A model generated the notes under the pieces. The model was not told the origin of the DNA, searched no databases, and saw only the letters and a program-made list of their open reading frames with translations. DNA of 33,043 bases from an uncultured archaeon (GTDB lineage Archaea; Asgardarchaeota; Heimdallarchaeia; Heimdallarchaeales; Heimdallarchaeaceae), in contig CAZJUB010000002.1 of assembly GCA_964549075.1 (NCBI GenBank), forward strand, positions 17,723 through 50,765, given 5' to 3'. The position numbers and the translations under genes were made by a program. Shown here in pieces: positions 29,180 through 33,043 of this stretch (position 1 is its first letter; every line of letters starts with the position of its first letter).

Positions 29180-29246
29180 TTTCCACGTTTAAAGTAATCA
29201 TTATAAATGACCGCTATTGAAATAAAGTAGTGTTTAAGTATAGTTA

Positions 29247-30881
29247 ATGGTGAAGAATTTGACACATGAATTTGACCTTGGTGATGACACTGAGGAAGTT
29301 ATTGGTCGAGGAACGTGGATTGATAAACTTGCTCTTGAGGTTTTGGAACGAAAAAACAACCTAGAAGGAGAACACCCTGAAATAATAAGAACTGAAAGTG
29401 GTCTTGGAGCCTCAGGTTTCCCGCATATTGGGTCATTTGCTGATGCCTCACGTGCTTATGGGTTCAAATTAGCTATTGAGGATTTAGGTCGAAAAGCAGA
29501 ATATATCGCTTTTGCAGATGATATGGATGGTTTACGTAAAGTTCCAGCTGGAACACCTCCTGAATTAAAAGAACATCTAGGAAAACCTGTATCCATGATT
29601 CCTGATCCTTGGGGGTGTCATAAGAGCTATGGTCAACATATGTCGTCTTTACTTATTGAATCTATTCAACAGACAGGTATTATATGTACACCTACTTCAG
29701 CAAACGAACTTTATTCTTCTGGTAAAATGACTTCTCAAGTTAGGAAAATACTTGCTCAAGCCAAACTCGCAGGTGAAATTATTGAAGAAACAACGGGACA
29801 GGAAAAATATCTTGAAATTTTACCTTATCATGCCATCTGTAAGCAATGTGGAAAAATCTATACCACTAGAGCAATCAGCTATGACAAAAAAAACGGCAAA
29901 GTAGAATATATCTGTGAAGGAGATGAAATACGTGGGAATGTCTTGGATGGTTGCGGGCATCATGGTTGGGCAGATATTACCAAAGGAGAAGGTAAACTAA
30001 CCTGGAAGGTCGAATTTGCAGCTAGATGGGATTTATTACAAATCGATTTTGAAGCATTTGGGAAAGATATCTTCGAATCAGTTATTTGTAATGATCGAGT
30101 TTGTCAAGAAATTTTTGGTTATGAACCTCCAGCTCATGCTCGTTATGAGATGTTTTTAGATAAAGGTGGATCAAAGATTTCTAAATCAGCGGGAAACGTA
30201 TTCACACCACAAACCTGGTTTAGGTATGGTTCTCCACAATCTCTTGCTCTATTAACATTTAAACGAATGACTGGTAGTAGAACCTTGGCTGTAGATGACA
30301 TACATGTCTATATGAAAGAATTGGATTACTTGGAAAATGTCTATTTTGGTCAGATCAAGGAAAGCAACCTTGCACAAAAAAGAAAACTAAATGGACTCTT
30401 TGAATATTGTTGGTATCTAAAACCTCCGGAGAAGAGATCGATTCAAATACCTTATTCTCTGCTTGTCAATTTAATTGCTGTAGCTCCAGAAAGCGCTTTT
30501 GAAGAGTTCTTAGAATCCAGATTAATAGAATATGGTTACTTGAAAGATGGTGCAAAGCTTGAAGATATCCAAGAGAGAGTTCAATATGCTACAAATTGGG
30601 TGAATGACTTTGCTCAGTTGGAAGATATAACTATTGAACTAGATGAAAAACAGAAAGCTGCCTTGAGACAGTTAATAGACTCATTAAAGGATTTGAAAGA
30701 AGCAGATGATATTCAAAGTGTAATCTTTGAAACAGCGAGAAAAAATGATATTAAACCTAGAGATTTCTTCAGATTGCTTTATCAGATATTGTTGAATGGA
30801 GATCGTGGTCCCAAATTAGGACCATATATCCACACAATTGGGACAGGACAAGCGATTAAAACTATCAAGAAGAACTTATAA
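29247..30881 (+). CDS. lysS: Lysine--tRNA ligase, class I
   Basis: WID, SGLGASGFPHIGS, DD.DGLRKVP, IPDP.GCH.SYG.H, KL.WKVEFAARW, KISKS.GN, GPKLGP. Confidence 0.96.
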   Translation: MVKNLTHEFDLGDDTEEVIGRGTWIDKLALEVLERKNNLEGEHPEIIRTESGLGASGFPHIGSFADASRAYGFKLAIEDLGRKAEYIAFADDMDGLRKVPAGTPPELKEHLGKPVSMIPDPWGCHKSYGQHMSSLLIESIQQTGIICTPTSANELYSSGKMTSQVRKILAQAKLAGEIIEETTGQEKYLEILPYHAICKQCGKIYTTRAISYDKKNGKVEYICEGDEIRGNVLDGCGHHGWADITKGEGKLTWKVEFAARWDLLQIDFEAFGKDIFESVICNDRVCQEIFGYEPPAHARYEMFLDKGGSKISKSAGNVFTPQTWFRYGSPQSLALLTFKRMTGSRTLAVDDIHVYMKELDYLENVYFGQIKESNLAQKRKLNGLFEYCWYLKPPEKRSIQIPYSLLVNLIAVAPESAFEEFLESRLIEYGYLKDGAKLEDIQERVQYATNWVNDFAQLEDITIELDEKQKAALRQLIDSLKDLKEADDIQSVIFETARKNDIKPRDFFRLLYQILLNGDRGPKLGPYIHTIGTGQAIKTIKKNL

Positions 30882-31081
30882 AAAATTGATACATCCTTAA
30901 GTGAGATAATCTAATAGTTTAAAGTATGTCAATTGATAACATTAGTATTATTAAGAGATAATAAAAATATATTATCTCAATTGATAAGTCTATAAAACCT
31001 TAAGTCTAGCTTTATGCTTTTTACCCAATAATTCAAGAGACAAAATATTGATAAGTATTTGTAGTAGTTATTTTGTGTAAA

Positions 31082-31270
31082 ATGTTTCAAAATATAAAAG
31101 TAGATCGAATTAATCAGTATGATTCTGATGCTACAAGTTTGGAAGCTATAAAGAATCTATTGATTCCTTCAATAAAACAACTGGATAAATTTTTATTTTT
31201 CATAGCAGAAAATCAAAAAGATATTCTTCTCTCCTATATTAACCAGATAAAAGAAATATTAAAAACCTAA
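31082..31270 (+). pseudogene. Short ORF, possibly the 5' remnant of a truncated gene
   Basis: 62 codons from ATG 31082 with amphipathic helical sequence (QLDKFLFFIAENQKDILLSYINQIK); stops 8 bp from the convergent zinc-finger gene. Confidence 0.35.
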
Positions 31271-31278
31271 ACTAGACA

Positions 31279-32445
31279 CTATTCTAGAAGCTTTTGATTC
31301 TGATAATCAATTCCCCTTTTTAGTAACTCTATTTTCATCAATAATATACTTACAGTTACTTTATTCTTTTCAATCCTCTTATTCTTCAACTCTTCAATTA
31401 TCTCTTCACTATCCTTTAAATCAAACTTATCTGCTTCATCAAACATCCCTTCAGCTTTACCATATAAACACCAAAATTCCACCGTCTCAGCCACTTTCGG
31501 ATACACCACCAGATCCTTCTCCTTGAATATCGCTTGTGTTGACCTCTTTGCATCTATGATTCTTTTCACACTATTTTCGTAATATACAACTATTTCAGGT
31601 TGAATCCAGCTCTGTTCTTCCAGTTCAGGAGTATCTATCCTAGGTTTCCAGTACCATTCTTCATCAGCTAAAAGAACTTCTGCTATTTCTTTACAAAGTT
31701 CTTCCCATTTGTAAGCTGTAGTTCTAGTAAACCAACATGCTTCTGCTTCTTTATGTTTATACAAGTGACTAGGATCAGCAAAACCTCTACCACATTCTTC
31801 ACAAACAAAAGGTTTCTCATCAGTATGAACAGCAATAATATGTAATTTCAAATCTCGAGCATGAGGGAAAGAAGCATCACATTCTTCACAAACATGAGGG
31901 CGATGTTTTTGATGAACAACTCTGATATGATCATTTAAATGACTACTAAGTTTGAAAGCAAAACCACATTCGTCGCAAACGTATGATCGTTGATTAGTAT
32001 GAATTGAAATAATATGATCTTGTAAATGCTGTTTTAGCTTAAATGAAGAACCGCATTCGGGGCATGTATAAGGGCGAAAACTCTCATGTACAGTTTGAAT
32101 GTGTCTCTTTAAACTATCTTCTCTATAGAAAAAGGTATCACATAATTGGCAAGTATATTTTTCTTCTTGTGTGTGATTAGAGTTAATATGGCGTCTTAAT
32201 GATTTAGCCTGAGAAAACTCTTGTCCACACAATTCACACACATAAGCACGTATTCCCTCATGAACTTCCCTAATGTGACGTTTCATTGTATCTTTTCTTG
32301 TAGTTATGAAATCACAAAAATCACACTCATATCTTTCTAACTGTTCATGAACTGTTCTTCTGTGTCTTGTTAATCCATCTTTCCTTGAGAAAACTTTCTT
32401 ACATTGTTCACAATAGTAGATTGAATTTTTCTTGTTATTAACCAT
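31279..32445 (-). CDS. Tandem C2H2 zinc-finger protein (7 C2H2 + 1 C2HC) fused to a PD-(D/E)XK-like nuclease domain
   Basis: Eight units at 29-aa spacing (aa 10-237) with linkers such as TDEKP, ESFRP and QKHRP. C-terminal WEELC...IQPEIVV...IIDAKRS...KDLVVY...VEFWCL. Confidence 0.85.
   Translation of the reverse strand: MVNNKKNSIYYCEQCKKVFSRKDGLTRHRRTVHEQLERYECDFCDFITTRKDTMKRHIREVHEGIRAYVCELCGQEFSQAKSLRRHINSNHTQEEKYTCQLCDTFFYREDSLKRHIQTVHESFRPYTCPECGSSFKLKQHLQDHIISIHTNQRSYVCDECGFAFKLSSHLNDHIRVVHQKHRPHVCEECDASFPHARDLKLHIIAVHTDEKPFVCEECGRGFADPSHLYKHKEAEACWFTRTTAYKWEELCKEIAEVLLADEEWYWKPRIDTPELEEQSWIQPEIVVYYENSVKRIIDAKRSTQAIFKEKDLVVYPKVAETVEFWCLYGKAEGMFDEADKFDLKDSEEIIEELKNKRIEKNKVTVSILLMKIELLKRGIDYQNQKLLE
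31735..32418 (-). repeat. Array of eight diverged 87-bp zinc-finger coding units
   Basis: C-x2-C-x12-H-x4-H with an exact 29-aa period; the last unit ends H-x5-C. Confidence 0.92.
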
Positions 32446-32532
32446 TACAATAGTATTATTTAGATTTTAAAATATAAACTCAAAAAATATTATTTAAAAG
32501 AATGAAAAATAAAAAATGTGAGAAAAGTGAAA

Positions 32533-33042
32533 TTACATTCTACGGCCTCTACGGCCTCCCTTGCGGCGACATCCATTATGCGGAAGGGGGGTCACATCTT
32601 CCAGTCTCAGTATTCTCATTCCTGATCTTTTCAGTGCTCTTAATGCTGCTTGTGTTCCTGGTCCTGGTGTCCTATTTTTATGTCCTCCTGGTGCCCTGTA
32701 TCTCACATACAGCTGATATATTCCTTTACTTTGTGCTTCTTGTGCTGCTGCATTTGCTGCTTTCATTGCTGCATAGGGACTGGATTCGTTTCTATCTGCT
32801 TTTACGAACATTCCTCCGCTTTTACGGCTGAATGTTTCTGCACCAGATATGTCAGTGATGTGTACAATAGTATCATTGTAACTTGAGAAAATATGAGCAA
32901 TGCCATATTTGGAATCTCTTCTAGAGGTTCGTACTCTTGCTTCTCGTCGAGTAGGAGTCTCGGTTTCTGAATCTTCTGATTCTTCACTTGATTCTTCACT
33001 TGATTCTTCACTTGATTCTTCACTTGATTCTTCACTTGATTC
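32533..33042 (-). CDS. rps11: 30S ribosomal protein uS11 with acidic repeat N-terminal extension; 5' end beyond the window
   Basis: Frame open to the window edge: (ESSE)[51 protein letters not shown]...SSPYAAM...PGPG.QAALRAL...[20 protein letters not shown]. Confidence 0.96.
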   Translation of the reverse strand, partial: ESSEESSEESSEESSEESSEESEDSETETPTRREARVRTSRRDSKYGIAHIFSSYNDTIVHITDISGAETFSRKSGGMFVKADRNESSPYAAMKAANAAAQEAQSKGIYQLYVRYRAPGGHKNRTPGPGTQAALRALKRSGMRILRLEDVTPLPHNGCRRKGGRRGRRM

Positions 33043-33043
33043 T
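32977..33043. repeat. Perfect 12-bp tandem repeat (TGATTCTTCACT), 5 copies plus 7 bp, running off the window
   Basis: Units start at 32977, 32989, 33001, 33013, 33025 and 33037 (partial); encodes ESSE repeats in uS11. Confidence 0.97.

Noticed and set aside
1057-32886. Numerous antisense or overlapping ORFs in the track (e.g. 4238-4753, 8198-8599, 13881-14276, 32502-32831)
   Set aside because: They lie within or opposite well-supported genes and carry no recognisable motifs.
32802-33035. 77-aa ORF with KNQV repeats
   Set aside because: Alternative frame of the 12-bp repeat; the uS11 frame is open across the same bases and carries the conserved motifs.
32977-33043. Possible CRISPR array
   Set aside because: Contiguous 12-bp units with no spacers, and no cas genes in the window.

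Overview
AT-rich archaeal chromosomal segment, about 30% GC by eye. It is most likely from an Asgard archaeon, possibly Heimdallarchaeia; this is inferred from archaeal informational genes mixed with eukaryotic-signature proteins. Housekeeping genes: PolB1-type DNA polymerase with a 421-aa LAGLIDADG intein, RadA with a duplicated N-terminal HhH domain, TyrRS, class I LysRS, an RsmB/NOP2 methyltransferase, uS11 (cut by the window end inside a 12-bp tandem repeat), and a queE-folE2/mptA-DUF366-queD-queC (preQ0/archaeosine) operon. Eukaryote-like genes: Rab-like GTPase, ubiquitin-conjugating E2, gelsolin-domain protein, TRAP-beta-like glycoprotein. Two elements stand out. (1) 31279-32445 encodes eight tandem Kruppel-type zinc fingers fused to a PD-(D/E)XK-like domain, the architecture of a natural zinc-finger nuclease. 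(2) The ~700-bp gene-free interval 28553-29246 contains nested long-range helices, suggesting an unannotated ~600-nt structured RNA, probably on the minus strand. No CRISPR array, tRNA, rRNA or transposase was recognised. All family calls come from reading motifs, not from database searches.
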